Positions 1 to 9,167 of a stretch of DNA of 64,000 bases are shown piece by piece. Location of the stretch: NCBI GenBank assembly GCA_036521195.1, contig DATDID010000049.1, positions 10,873 to 74,872 of the forward strand, given 5' to 3'. This DNA comes from Candidatus Dormiibacterota bacterium (GTDB taxonomy: Bacteria; Chloroflexota; Dormibacteria; Aeolococcales; Aeolococcaceae). Each line of letters starts with the position of its first letter. Positions within the stretch are counted from its first letter, which is position 1. A program made the translations under genes and the position numbers. The notes under the pieces are model-generated. The model did no database searches. It saw only the letters and a list, made by a program, of their open reading frames with translations, and was not told the DNA's origin.

Positions 1-117
1 GGCATTGGGTTTCTCCTCTCCCGGCGCGTGCTGCGCGCTTCACGGGCCCGGATCATGACCTGCGGACAGGGGCATCCGTTTGGCGACCGTCGACGGCCGC
101 TACGTCCGCTACGTCCG

Positions 118-1266
118 CTACGTCAGGACGTAGATGTGGGTCTCGTCCGACCAGTACAGCGCGTGTGAGGGACCTTCGACCACGTCGAGGCGGCAGGTCG
201 ACGGCCCGGCACGGACGGTGGCATGCGGGCTGCCCGCCGTGGCGACGAGCATCCCTCGGTCGTAGGTGCAGAAGACGAGGTGCCCCGCGTACGCGGCCGG
301 ACCGCTGGCATCGACGAAGGTCGCCCCCGTCGGCACGTACGTGCTCGCCTCGCTGCTCCAGTTCGGCGCGGTGCCGCCGTCGCACGAGGAGCTCTGGAGC
401 GGGTGGCTGTAGCCGTAGCAGCCAGGCCACTGATAGTGAGCGCCCTTGGTCACGTTGAGGAAGAGGGTGTCGTAGCCGGTGCCCGGGCTCCCGGCGTCGC
501 CGGACGGGCCGTTCATCGTGATGGCGAGCTGTCCGGTCGGCGAGAAGGCGATACCGAACGGGTTGCGAAACCCGTAGGCCCAGATCGGGTTGTTCGCGCC
601 GAACGGGTTACCGGACGGGATCGTGCCGTCGGGGTTGTAGCGGAGGACCTTCCCGCGCACGTCGGTGACGCTCTGCGCGGACGGCGCGTCGTGCTCGTCG
701 CCGAGGGTGACGTAGAGCTTCCCGTCGGGCCCGAACGCGATCCGTCCGCCCTTGTGGCAGCAGTCGCCGCCTGCGGGGAAGGTGGCGATGATCGTTGCGG
801 CGGTGCCGGTGCCGTCGCAGTCGGTCCAGCGGATGACGTGCTGGGTCTTGTAGTTGGCGTCCGAGTAGAACGCGTAGACGTAGCGGTCGGTGGTGAACGT
901 CGGGCTGATCGCGAGGCCGAGCAGGCCGCGCTCGCTGTAGGTCCCGTTGGGCTCGGTCGTGACCGTTTTCACCCTGGCGAAGACCTTGCTCGCCCCGTTC
1001 TGCCAGACCCGGACCGTGCCCGACCGCTCGGTCCAGAAGAGCCTGCCGTCAGGGGCGAAGGCCAGGGCGGTGGCGTAGTTGGCCGGGATCGTTCCGGTGG
1101 GCGCGGGCTCGCCCGCAGGCGCCACGCACGCGTTCTGGGTTGGGGTCGGCGTGACCAGGCCGACTGTTGGTGTGACCGAAGGGCTCGGACTCGTCCGCGG
1201 CGTTGTCGAGCCGCACGCCGCGACGACCATCAGCACGCTGAGGGAGGCAACCCGTCCTCGGATCAC
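118..1266 (-). CDS. PQQ-dependent sugar (glucose/sorbosone) dehydrogenase-like lipoprotein, beta-propeller
   Basis: 382 aa ORF with GTG start. N-terminus MIRGRVASLSVLMVVAACGS has a basic n-region plus a VAAC lipobox. Body shows a soluble glucose dehydrogenase (SGDH)-like propeller signature (GIAFSPDGKLYVT, FGPDGKLYV, NPFGIAF motifs). Confidence 0.7.
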   Translation of the reverse strand: MIRGRVASLSVLMVVAACGSTTPRTSPSPSVTPTVGLVTPTPTQNACVAPAGEPAPTGTIPANYATALAFAPDGRLFWTERSGTVRVWQNGASKVFARVKTVTTEPNGTYSERGLLGLAISPTFTTDRYVYAFYSDANYKTQHVIRWTDCDGTGTAATIIATFPAGGDCCHKGGRIAFGPDGKLYVTLGDEHDAPSAQSVTDVRGKVLRYNPDGTIPSGNPFGANNPIWAYGFRNPFGIAFSPTGQLAITMNGPSGDAGSPGTGYDTLFLNVTKGAHYQWPGCYGYSHPLQSSSCDGGTAPNWSSEASTYVPTGATFVDASGPAAYAGHLVFCTYDRGMLVATAGSPHATVRAGPSTCRLDVVEGPSHALYWSDETHIYVLT

Positions 1267-1276
1267 CTATAAGAGG

Positions 1277-1636
1277 TTAGCCGACCGCGACTTTTTCACC
1301 CTCTTCGTCGCATGCGGCGCCCTGCCGATCGAGGTGCTGACGGCCCCACCCGTCGATGGCATCGATCACGTGCTGGAGATCGACCCCGGCCGGCGCCAGC
1401 TCATATGACGTGCGTGGCGGCATCTGGGAGTGCACGGTACGAGTGAGGATGCCGAGCTCCTCGAGGTGGTCGAGACGGACCTTCAAGGTGGCCGGATTGC
1501 ACCCGCCGACCGCGCGGCCGAGTTCGTTGAATCCCAGAGGGCCGTCCAGAAGAGCACGGACGATATGCATCGTCCACTTCTCCTGCAGCACCTGGATCGC
1601 TTCGTGGACCGGGCAGTACTCGCGCTCGGTATTCAT
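1277..1636 (-). CDS. HxlR-family winged-helix transcriptional regulator
   Basis: 119 aa. CPV..A..V..KW...I.R.L..GP.RFNEL-type HxlR motif (CPVHEAIQVLQEKWTMHIVRALLDGPLGFNELGRAV). GGAGGA Shine-Dalgarno upstream of the ATG on the minus strand. Confidence 0.7.
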   Translation of the reverse strand: MNTEREYCPVHEAIQVLQEKWTMHIVRALLDGPLGFNELGRAVGGCNPATLKVRLDHLEELGILTRTVHSQMPPRTSYELAPAGVDLQHVIDAIDGWGRQHLDRQGAACDEEGEKVAVG

Positions 1637-1699
1637 ATATCGGGTCCTCCAACCCGCTGTGATCTTAGCCCGACGAAATGGGCCGCGTCGCGTTGTTCA

Positions 1700-1760
1700 T
1701 CACTTGACAAATTATAGCACTTTATTTCACAATGCTGACACCGGTGGTTTGAGTGACCGG
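1700..1760. promoter_or_regulatory. AT-rich divergent promoter region between the hxlR-like gene and yceI-like gene (contains TTGACA hexamer)
   Basis: Locally AT-rich stretch cacTTGACAaattatagcactttatttcacaatgctgaca in a 70% GC background, sitting between divergently oriented genes. Confidence 0.3.
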
Positions 1761-1796
1761 TGCCGTCGGGGGCACACCCGGAGCAAGGAGATTCAG

Positions 1797-2363
1797 ATGA
1801 GCTGGTCCATGGACCCCCATCACACGGCAGTGACCTTCAGCGCGAAGCACCTTGGTGTCGCGACCGTCCGCGGCCATTTCAGCGAGATCGCGACCGACCT
1901 CGACCTCGACGATCCGAATGACCCGACGACGGGCCGCGGCTCGGTGACGATCCAGGCCGCGAGCGTGACCACGGGCAGCGAGATGCGCGACGGCCACCTC
2001 AAAGGCGCCGATTTCTTCGACGTCGAGAAGTACCCGACGATCACCTTCACCCTGAAGTCGATCGTCAAAGCCGGCGACGACTACAAGGTCACCGGGGACC
2101 TGACGATCAAGGACGTGACCAAGGAGATCACGCTCGATTACGAGCACAGCGGCAGCGCGACCGACCCCTACGGCAACGTCAAGGTCGGCGGCACCCTCAC
2201 GGGCAGCATCAACCGCAGTGACTGGGGCCTCGTCTGGAACGTCCCACTCGGGAGCGGCGGCGTGCTCGTCGGTGAGAAGGTCAAGCTCGAGATCGATGGT
2301 GAGCTCGGACTCGACAAGGCACCCGAGGCAGAGGCGCAGGTTCCCGTCGGCGCCAGCGCGTAA
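1797..2363 (+). CDS. YceI-family polyisoprenoid-binding protein
   Basis: 188 aa. AAGGAG RBS 8 nt upstream of the ATG. YceI-like sequence (HTAVTFSAKHLGVATVRGHF, TITFTLKSI, GDLTIKDVTKEITLD). Confidence 0.8.
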   Translation: MSWSMDPHHTAVTFSAKHLGVATVRGHFSEIATDLDLDDPNDPTTGRGSVTIQAASVTTGSEMRDGHLKGADFFDVEKYPTITFTLKSIVKAGDDYKVTGDLTIKDVTKEITLDYEHSGSATDPYGNVKVGGTLTGSINRSDWGLVWNVPLGSGGVLVGEKVKLEIDGELGLDKAPEAEAQVPVGASA

Positions 2364-2426
2364 TTCCGTCGATTCGACAGTTCGCAAACGACAGGTTGCA
2401 ATTAACAATTTGAGAGGTTGTTGACG

Positions 2427-3095
2427 ATGGCTGAGCAGATCCGCTTCTACTTCGACCCGCTGTGCCCATGGTGCTATCAGACGTCGCGCTGGGCGAGACG
2501 CCTCGATGAGCTCGGTGTGGTGGAGGTCGAGTGGCGCGTGTTCTCGCTCGCCATCGTCAACCGGGGCGACGAAGGCCGCGCCGACCCGGACATGTGGTCC
2601 GGACCGGCGCTCCGGACCGCCATCGCCGTGCGTGAGCAGCACGGCAACGCCGCCGTCGGCGCGTTCTACAAGGCGATCAGCGATGCGCACCACCAGCGCG
2701 GCGAGCGCGTCGACGACCATGCGGTCTTGGAGGCGAGCCTCCGCGAGGCAGGCGTCGATTCCGAGCTGTTGCAGCGGGCACTCGCCGATCCCGGAACGTG
2801 GGAGGCGGTGCAGCGCGAGCACGATGACGTCGTTGCAGAGCACCAGGCCTTTGGGGTGCCGACCATCGTGCTCGACGGTGGCGCGGGGCCGAGCATGTTC
2901 GGCCCTGTCATCACGAACGTCCCCGACGATAGCGGCGCCACCGAGTTGTGGCAGCATTTCTCCTGGATGGCACGCAACACCAATTTCGCTGAGATCAAGC
3001 GCGACCGTCTGCCACTGGACCTCGAGAGTGTGCGCAAGCACCAGCGTGAGCGCGAGATCCGCGAGCGGGAAAAGCAGGCGCAGCCGGCCGCGTGA
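2427..3095 (+). CDS. DsbA-family thioredoxin-fold thiol:disulfide oxidoreductase / isomerase-like protein
   Basis: N-terminal FDPLCPWCY active-site CxxC motif in a DsbA-like context. GAGAGG RBS 9 nt upstream of ATG 2427. The in-frame TTG at 2418 is judged too close to the RBS. Confidence 0.7.
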   Translation: MAEQIRFYFDPLCPWCYQTSRWARRLDELGVVEVEWRVFSLAIVNRGDEGRADPDMWSGPALRTAIAVREQHGNAAVGAFYKAISDAHHQRGERVDDHAVLEASLREAGVDSELLQRALADPGTWEAVQREHDDVVAEHQAFGVPTIVLDGGAGPSMFGPVITNVPDDSGATELWQHFSWMARNTNFAEIKRDRLPLDLESVRKHQREREIREREKQAQPAA

Positions 3096-4846
3096 GCACC
3101 CTCGGCGTCCGCCGTCCCCGTGCCGCCCGTCACCAGGACGGTGAGGTCGGGCCCCGCTACAAGTGGGTAGCGCTGTCCAACACGACGATCGGCATGCTGA
3201 TGGCGACCGTCAACTCGTCGATCGTGCTCATCTCGCTGCCCGCGATCTTCCGCGGCATTCAGCTGAACCCGCTCGTCCCGAGCAATGTCAGCTATCTGCT
3301 CTGGATGATCATGGGATACATGGTGGTCACCGCCGTGCTGGTGGTGAGCCTCGGACGCATCGGCGACATGTTCGGCCGAGTTCGGTTGTACAACCTGGGT
3401 TTTCTCGTGTTCACCGTGGGGTCGATCCTGCTCTCGGTAGTGTTCACGACGGGTCCGACGGCAGCGTTGGAGCTGATCTTCTTCCGGTTGGTGCAGGGCG
3501 TCGGCGGCGCGATGATCTTCGCGAACTCGACAGCGATTCTCACCGACGCGTTCCCGCAGCAGGAACGCGGGATGGCGTTGGGCATCAACGCTGTCGCGGC
3601 GGTGTCGGGATCGTTCATCGGGCTCATCGTTGGCGGTCTGCTGTCCACCACCGACTGGCACCTGGTGTTCCTCGTGTCGGTGCCGGTTGGTCTGTTCGGC
3701 ACCGCGTGGGCGTACCTGAAGCTGCGTGAGACCGGCGTCGTCAAGCGGTCGCGCGTCGACTGGTGGGGCAACGTGCTGTTCGCGGTGGGGCTCATCTCGG
3801 TGCTCGTCGGGATCACGTACGGGATTCAGCCGTACAAACACGACTCGATGGGATGGGGGAACCCCGCGGTGCTGACGGCGATCATCGGCGGGATCGCGAT
3901 GCTGATCGTGTTTGTTGTTGTGGAGACACGTGTTGCCGAGCCGATGTTCCGCGTGAGCCTGTTCAAGTTGCGTGGGTTCACGTTTGGGACGGTGGCGGCG
4001 CTGTTGAGCTCTGTCGGCCGCGGCGGCCTGATGTTCATGGTGATCATCTGGTTGCAAGGGATCTGGCTGCCCCTGCACGGGTATAGCTTCGAGTCGACCC
4101 CGTTCTGGGCCGCGATCTTCATGCTGCCGCTGACCGCGGGTTTCCTTATCGGTGGGCCGACGTCCGGGTTTTTGTCGGACCGACTTGGTGCGCGCGGGTT
4201 TGCGACTGCGGGGATGATCTGTTCAGCCATCGGCTTCGGATTGTTGATGTTCCTGCCGGCGAACTTCTCGTATCTGCCGTTTGCGGCGCTGCTGTTCCTC
4301 GTCGGTGTGTCGATGGGGATGTTCGTTGCGCCCAACACCGCGGGCGTGATGAACGCCGTGCCGGCGGATCGTCGCGGTGTTGCGTCGGGCATGCTTGCGA
4401 CGTTTCAGAACAGCGGTATGACGCTGTCGATCGGCATCTTCTTCTCGCTGATGATTGCGGGACTGAGCTCGACACTGCCGTCGACGATGTTCAACGGACT
4501 GACGGCGCACGGTGTGCCCGTTGCGGTGGCGCACCAGGTTGCGAATCTGCCGCCGGTCGGGTCGTTGTTTGCGGCCTTCCTCGGGTACAACCCCATGACG
4601 ACGTTGCTGGGACCGACGCTGCACACGCTGAGCGCGAGTCAGGCGGCGTATTTGTCCGGGCAGACGTTCTTCCCGAATCTGATTTCGAACCCGTTCATCG
4701 TCGGGATGCACATCACGTTCGCGTTCTCCGTGATCATGATGCTGGTCGGCGCGACGGCTTCGTGGCTGCGGGGCGGGAGCCCTGTGCGGCCGCAGCCGGT
4801 GCGTGTGGTGGCCCCCCGGGCCGAGGCGGTTTCCCCGCCGGCTTAG
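3092..4846 (+). CDS. MFS transporter, DHA2 (EmrB/QacA) 14-TMS drug:H+ antiporter family
   Basis: 584 aa with about 14 hydrophobic segments. MFS motif A (GRIGDMFGRVRLY) and a second-half repeat. The GTG start overlaps the upstream stop (GTGA). Confidence 0.8.
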   Translation: MSTLGVRRPRAARHQDGEVGPRYKWVALSNTTIGMLMATVNSSIVLISLPAIFRGIQLNPLVPSNVSYLLWMIMGYMVVTAVLVVSLGRIGDMFGRVRLYNLGFLVFTVGSILLSVVFTTGPTAALELIFFRLVQGVGGAMIFANSTAILTDAFPQQERGMALGINAVAAVSGSFIGLIVGGLLSTTDWHLVFLVSVPVGLFGTAWAYLKLRETGVVKRSRVDWWGNVLFAVGLISVLVGITYGIQPYKHDSMGWGNPAVLTAIIGGIAMLIVFVVVETRVAEPMFRVSLFKLRGFTFGTVAALLSSVGRGGLMFMVIIWLQGIWLPLHGYSFESTPFWAAIFMLPLTAGFLIGGPTSGFLSDRLGARGFATAGMICSAIGFGLLMFLPANFSYLPFAALLFLVGVSMGMFVAPNTAGVMNAVPADRRGVASGMLATFQNSGMTLSIGIFFSLMIAGLSSTLPSTMFNGLTAHGVPVAVAHQVANLPPVGSLFAAFLGYNPMTTLLGPTLHTLSASQAAYLSGQTFFPNLISNPFIVGMHITFAFSVIMMLVGATASWLRGGSPVRPQPVRVVAPRAEAVSPPA

Positions 4847-4992
4847 GCCGCTACCCGGCGGCGACGCCGAGGATGGCGTTGATCGATCCCGCTGCGTTGT
4901 ACCCAGAGAGGTCGCCCATCATCGCGTCGCTTGAGCCGGTAGAAGCGAATCGGAGGGGCGGACTTACGCTGCGTTGTGTATATACTACAGAA

Positions 4993-6234
4993 ATGTTTGG
5001 TGGCGCCGACGAGGATTTTGATCCCATTGAGGGCTTGCGGAGTTCGGTGGCGCTCGTGGTGGCGCAGGACGTGCCGGCCGATCCCGAGGCGCTTCGAGAT
5101 CAGCTACGCCGGATCCGCCAGGCATCCGACCGGCTCGAGGTGCACTTCTCACGCGTCGCCTCAGCCTTTGCCGCCACGCCTGAGACCGAGTGGCAGGGCT
5201 GCGTGAGCCCGATCCAGTGGTTCCGCCTCGAGTGCGGGATGACGGCGTCAGCTGCCTGGAAGGCGATTTGCGTGGGCGACCAGGCTGCTGCCATTCCCGA
5301 CAGCCTCGATGCGGTGGCAGAGGGCAAGGTTGGTTTTGCCCACCTCGCGGTCCTGGCCGGCACTGCGCAAGCGTTGCGGCAGACGCCGGCGGAGGCCGCT
5401 GCATTCGACGAGCAGCCGCTCCTCGCTCAGGCGCTGGCCCATCCCCTCGCTCGCTTTCGGGACGACTGCGCCCAGGTTCGCCACGCTCATGACGCCGCGG
5501 CGTTTCTCACCGCGCAATCGCAGGATCTGGAGTACCGCAGCCTGGAAGTACGCACAGGCGAAGAGCACACCGGGTTCGTGAACGGGTGGTTTGACACCGT
5601 CGGTTGGGCCACGATCCGGACGGCGCTGGATCCTCTGGCGCGGCGGACGGGAAGCGATGACCTGCGCAGCCGCAACCATCGCTACGCGGACGCGCTCGTT
5701 GAGCTCGCGGAGCACAGCCTCAACGGGGGACTCGTGCCGAGCGTCGGTGGTCAGCGTCCCCATCTCCAGGTGACGACGACCCTCGAGACTCTGGCGGGGA
5801 CACCGGGAGCTGCGGCCGGCATGCTGGAAGGAGCGGGTCCGATCGCCGGCGCGACCGTGCAGCGGGTTGCGTGCGACGCCAACATCACGCGAGTGGTGCT
5901 TGGGCAAGACTCGGCCGTGCTCGACACGGGCCGGACGCACCGCCTCCCGGGACTAGCCACTCGGCGCGCGCTGCGCGCCCGGGACGGCGGCTGCGCGTGG
6001 CCAGGCTGCGATCGCACCGTGTCCTGGACGGCAGCGCATCACCTGGTGCACTGGGCCCAGGGTGGGGACACCGAGTTGAGCAACCTCGCACTGCTCTGCC
6101 ATCACCATCATCACCGGGTTCATGAGGGGGGGTGGCAGTTGGCGCGCGGCGACGACGGACATATGCTGGCGATCGCGCCGGTTGCAACCGTTCCCGCACA
6201 TGCTCGGGCGCCGGAACCCAAGCCGCTTGAGTGA
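4993..6234 (+). CDS. HNH endonuclease with N-terminal DUF222 (the '13E12'-type family common in actinobacteria)
   Basis: C-terminal HNH motif (CAWPGCDR...HHLVHWAQGGDTELSNLALLCHHHHHRVHEGGW). The long N-terminal region is typical of DUF222. ATG sits immediately after the AT-rich gtgtatatactacagaa, so the transcript is possibly leaderless. Confidence 0.7.
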   Translation: MFGGADEDFDPIEGLRSSVALVVAQDVPADPEALRDQLRRIRQASDRLEVHFSRVASAFAATPETEWQGCVSPIQWFRLECGMTASAAWKAICVGDQAAAIPDSLDAVAEGKVGFAHLAVLAGTAQALRQTPAEAAAFDEQPLLAQALAHPLARFRDDCAQVRHAHDAAAFLTAQSQDLEYRSLEVRTGEEHTGFVNGWFDTVGWATIRTALDPLARRTGSDDLRSRNHRYADALVELAEHSLNGGLVPSVGGQRPHLQVTTTLETLAGTPGAAAGMLEGAGPIAGATVQRVACDANITRVVLGQDSAVLDTGRTHRLPGLATRRALRARDGGCAWPGCDRTVSWTAAHHLVHWAQGGDTELSNLALLCHHHHHRVHEGGWQLARGDDGHMLAIAPVATVPAHARAPEPKPLE

Positions 6235-6239
6235 CGGCG

Positions 6240-6713
6240 TCAGGGGTAGAAGCGCATCAGGATCATCATGCTGAAGATCCCAAAGAACCCGATCAATTCG
6301 AGCGAAGCCAGGCGGATCGTCCGTTGAACGAGAGCTACCCGCTCCTCTGGGGTCGTCGCCGTGCCGATTGATGCTGCGGCGGGGCCAGTGACGCGCTGAC
6401 CCCACATGAACGTGATGATCGCGAGGACAAGCGCGATGAACCACCATCGCCCGAAACCGGTGTTGAAAACTGCTGCGACGCTGTCGATCGGTCCCCAGAC
6501 CGTGCCGCGGAGAAGGCCAAGGAGAATCGCGAGGCCGGCGACCGGTGGAATGACGCGATTCGCTTGAATCCCGATCTGGGTCCCCATCTCACCCGCGGCC
6601 GCAGGACTCGTGCGCTCGGTGGCCGGACCAAGGACGAAATTCACAAACAGGGTGCCGCCAAACCAGAACGTCGCGAAGAGCATATGCAGCCCTTCGATGA
6701 TCGCAACTCCCAT
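6240..6713 (-). CDS. hypothetical integral membrane protein (4 TM segments)
   Basis: 157 aa with four strongly hydrophobic segments. No recognisable catalytic motif. Confidence 0.45.
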   Translation of the reverse strand: MGVAIIEGLHMLFATFWFGGTLFVNFVLGPATERTSPAAAGEMGTQIGIQANRVIPPVAGLAILLGLLRGTVWGPIDSVAAVFNTGFGRWWFIALVLAIITFMWGQRVTGPAAASIGTATTPEERVALVQRTIRLASLELIGFFGIFSMMILMRFYP

Positions 6714-6798
6714 CGCACCGCGGACTCTAGCCCGAGCAACGCGGACGCGGGGAGATGACTCGAAGGCGCTCGCTTGCGTTGTCCTCGCCTGGCTGCTT

Positions 6799-7263
6799 TT
6801 ACGCCGTTGGAGCCTCGGCCTCCACCGATGGCACGTGCACGATGAGCACTGGGACCCGACTGTGGTGCAGCACCCCGTGGCTCACGCTCCCAAGGAGGAG
6901 CGAGGCGGCATCGCCCCGGCCACGCGAGCCCACCACGATGAGGTCGTGCTTGCCCGTTTCCACCTCGTCGAGGATCACCTGCGCCGGATCTCCGTCCACC
7001 ACGACGACGTTCGACTTGACCTCTTTCGGAAGCGCCGACCTTGTCTCATCCGCCAACGCGTTGGCATCGGCCACGATGCCGGCGACCCACTCGTCGATTG
7101 CAGACTGCGGCAGCGGAGAAACAGGCCCCCAGGACATCACCGTGCTGTATGCGATCACAGCGGTCAGGTCTGCCTGCTGGGTGCGAGCGATATCAACTGC
7201 CTGTGTCAGCGCTTCCTTAGCATGCTCGGAGCGATCCACTCCGACCACGATGCTCTTGAACAT
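6799..7263 (-). CDS. universal stress protein (UspA family)
   Basis: MFKSIVVGVDRSEHAKEAL...LIVVGSRGRG...GSVSHGVLHHSRVPVLIVH are UspA signature blocks. Start 7263 is preferred over 7269 on GGAG spacing. Confidence 0.75.
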   Translation of the reverse strand: MFKSIVVGVDRSEHAKEALTQAVDIARTQQADLTAVIAYSTVMSWGPVSPLPQSAIDEWVAGIVADANALADETRSALPKEVKSNVVVVDGDPAQVILDEVETGKHDLIVVGSRGRGDAASLLLGSVSHGVLHHSRVPVLIVHVPSVEAEAPTA

Positions 7264-7320
7264 CACCAATCTCCATAGTGGACGCGCAGGCGCACGCCGA
7301 GTGGCTTCAATTCTGCGACA

Positions 7321-8412
7321 TCAGGCTCTGGCGCCCGCCAGGACCGGCAGTGCCTGCTCCGCGGATGCTCCGTCCACGGAAATGACCACCTTTAGTGCTC
7401 CCGTCTCGGTCGCATGGGCGAAGGTGTCGTACGCGGACATCATGTCGTCAAGCGCAAAACGCTGGGTCACAAAGGCATTGGTCTTGAGCTGTCCGCCGGC
7501 AAGCAGACGGATCAACGTCGGGGTGCTGAATGTGTCGACCAAGCCCGTGGTGATGGTCACGTCGCGCGTCCAGAGCTTTTCGAGATGCAGGGTCGCAGGC
7601 TTACCGTGCACACCGACGTTTGCGACGCGCCCTCCGGGGCGAACCAGATCCGCTGCCAGTTCGAAAGTGGCTGGAATGCCGACCGCCTCGATCGCGACGT
7701 CCGCGCCCAAGCCGCCGGTGAGGTTCTGCACGATCTTCAGCGGATCTTCACGACCGCTGTTGATCACCACATCGGCACCGAATCGCTTCGCAGCCTCGAG
7801 ACGATTGTCCGCAAGATCGATCGCGACGATGTGCGAGGGGCTGAACAATTGCGTGGTCATCATCGCCGACAACCCGATCGGCCCAGCGCCGACGATCGCA
7901 ACCACGTCCCCTGGGGTGATGTGTCCGTTGAGGACACCCACCTCGTAGCTGGTCGGAAGGATGTCTGCGAGCATCAGCAAATCCTCGTCGCTGACCCCGG
8001 CTGGAACGGGGTATGTCGACGTGTCGGCGAACGGCACGCGCACGAACTCTGCCTGTGTGCCATCAATCATGTAGCCGAGAATCCATCCGCCGCCGCCGAG
8101 GCACTGCCCGTAGCGTCCTTCGCGGCAGAAGCGGCATGCGCCACATGCGCTGACGCACGACACCAGGACGCGGTCCCCAGGCTTGACGTTCTTCACCGCG
8201 TTGCCAACCGACTCAACGGTGCCAACAGCTTCGTGTCCGAGGATCCGACCGTCTATGGTCGCAGGGAGATCGCCCTTGAGAATATGGAGATCCGTGCCGC
8301 AGATCGTCGTCGCATCAATTCTGACGATGGCGTCAGTCGCCGCGGAAATCTCTGGCTTGGGCACGTCTTCCCATGCCTTGCGTCCTGGTCCGTGATACAC
8401 AAGTGCCTTCAT
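7321..8412 (-). CDS. adh: zinc-dependent alcohol dehydrogenase (MDR superfamily)
   Basis: MKALVYHGPG...GHEAVGTV (catalytic Zn), a C..C..C..C structural-Zn cluster (CVSACGACRFC), and a GAGPIGL Rossmann motif. GAGGAGGA RBS upstream of the ATG at 8412. The ORF-track N-terminal extension is rejected. Confidence 0.85.
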   Translation of the reverse strand: MKALVYHGPGRKAWEDVPKPEISAATDAIVRIDATTICGTDLHILKGDLPATIDGRILGHEAVGTVESVGNAVKNVKPGDRVLVSCVSACGACRFCREGRYGQCLGGGGWILGYMIDGTQAEFVRVPFADTSTYPVPAGVSDEDLLMLADILPTSYEVGVLNGHITPGDVVAIVGAGPIGLSAMMTTQLFSPSHIVAIDLADNRLEAAKRFGADVVINSGREDPLKIVQNLTGGLGADVAIEAVGIPATFELAADLVRPGGRVANVGVHGKPATLHLEKLWTRDVTITTGLVDTFSTPTLIRLLAGGQLKTNAFVTQRFALDDMMSAYDTFAHATETGALKVVISVDGASAEQALPVLAGARA

Positions 8413-8687
8413 CGCTGGATCCTCCTCGCGTTGCTGAGATCTCAGCGTGACCCTATGGTGGGACGCGAACAAGGGTCGTTGGTCACTAGTCGTCGCGCGA
8501 TATGACACATGTCGGCGATAGCGCCGTCGCAGCGGCTGGAAAGCATGAGCGGGCCCGGTCAACGCGAGCAGGCCGTCACTCGAGCGCAGCGGCGCTAACG
8601 TCCGTGGACTGTCCGCGCCCTATTCCTAGAGTTTGGGTTTGGCCTGCCAGAGGGCTATTCGCAGACTCGGGAGTAGGAGCAACGTCA

Positions 8688-8966
8688 ATGGTCATGTTCG
8701 CAGTCACTGCAACGCTTCATTGGCTGATCGTCGCGGCGCAGGGCATGCCGAATGATCCGTTATCTCAACAGGTTCTTGCGCGAGTCGCGAACCCGCTATT
8801 GACGTCTGCGCAATTTCTGATCCCTGCGGCGGTCGCGATCTCGGGCATACACAAAATGATGGAGCACAGAGAGTCCGGAGGTTCTTTCATGGTCGACATG
8901 GTGACCAAGGGAGGTGGTGCCATTCTCGTACTCCAACTCGTGAAGTCGATTTCCGGCGTTGGGTGA
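8688..8966 (+). CDS. small membrane protein with VirB2/TrbC-pilin-like topology (signal-like N-segment plus two hydrophobic helices)
   Basis: 92 aa. AGGAG RBS 8 nt upstream. N-terminal MVMFAVTATLHWLIVAAQG, then two hydrophobic stretches (FLIPAAVAISGI; GGGAILVLQLVKSISGV). It is the first gene of the T4SS-like operon. Confidence 0.4.
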   Translation: MVMFAVTATLHWLIVAAQGMPNDPLSQQVLARVANPLLTSAQFLIPAAVAISGIHKMMEHRESGGSFMVDMVTKGGGAILVLQLVKSISGVG

Positions 8967-9151
8967 TGGAGACTTACTTGCTCACAGTCGCCCTCGCGCG
9001 ACACCGGCTGATCATGCCACAACTGCGCGCGAATACGCCGCGGTCCGACACGCTTGCAGAATCACAACACACGTGTGAGTCGCCCGCTCTCACGATGACG
9101 CCTGTCGTCGAGGCGTCGAACCACTCCGCAATGCAACGCCTTCCCCGCTGA
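8963..9151 (+). CDS. small hypothetical ORF translationally coupled to the preceding gene (GTGATG overlap)
   Basis: 62 aa. Start overlaps the upstream stop, and the ORF fills the gap to the VirB6-like gene. No recognisable motif, so it may be noise. Confidence 0.2.
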   Translation: MMETYLLTVALARHRLIMPQLRANTPRSDTLAESQHTCESPALTMTPVVEASNHSAMQRLPR

Positions 9152-9167
9152 CGTCGGAGGAGAGGAC

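Noticed and set aside
223-1272. 349-aa ORF on the plus strand, antisense to the PQQ dehydrogenase gene
   Set aside because: Arg/Ala/Gly-rich low-complexity translation typical of antisense frames in 70% GC DNA. No motif, no RBS. The minus-strand gene has a clear lipoprotein signal and enzyme motifs.
1722-4078. Long minus-strand ORFs (1722-3041, 2666-4078) overlapping yceI, the DsbA-like gene and the MFS gene
   Set aside because: Their translations are compositionally biased (His/Arg/Asp runs) without domain signatures. The plus-strand genes carry RBSs, coupling and clear family motifs.
8625-8636. 12-mer CCTAGAGTTTGG shared by the regions upstream of the T4SS-like operon (8625) and the glycosyltransferase gene (44054)
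   Set aside because: A single 12-mer coincidence is within chance expectation for 64 kb when both strands are considered. I could not verify a repeated promoter motif without a genome-wide count.
8502-8687. Upstream extension of the pilin-like ORF to an ATG at 8502
   Set aside because: The extension is Arg/Ala-rich with no RBS. The internal ATG at 8688 has an AGGAG 8 nt upstream and starts a signal-peptide-like segment.
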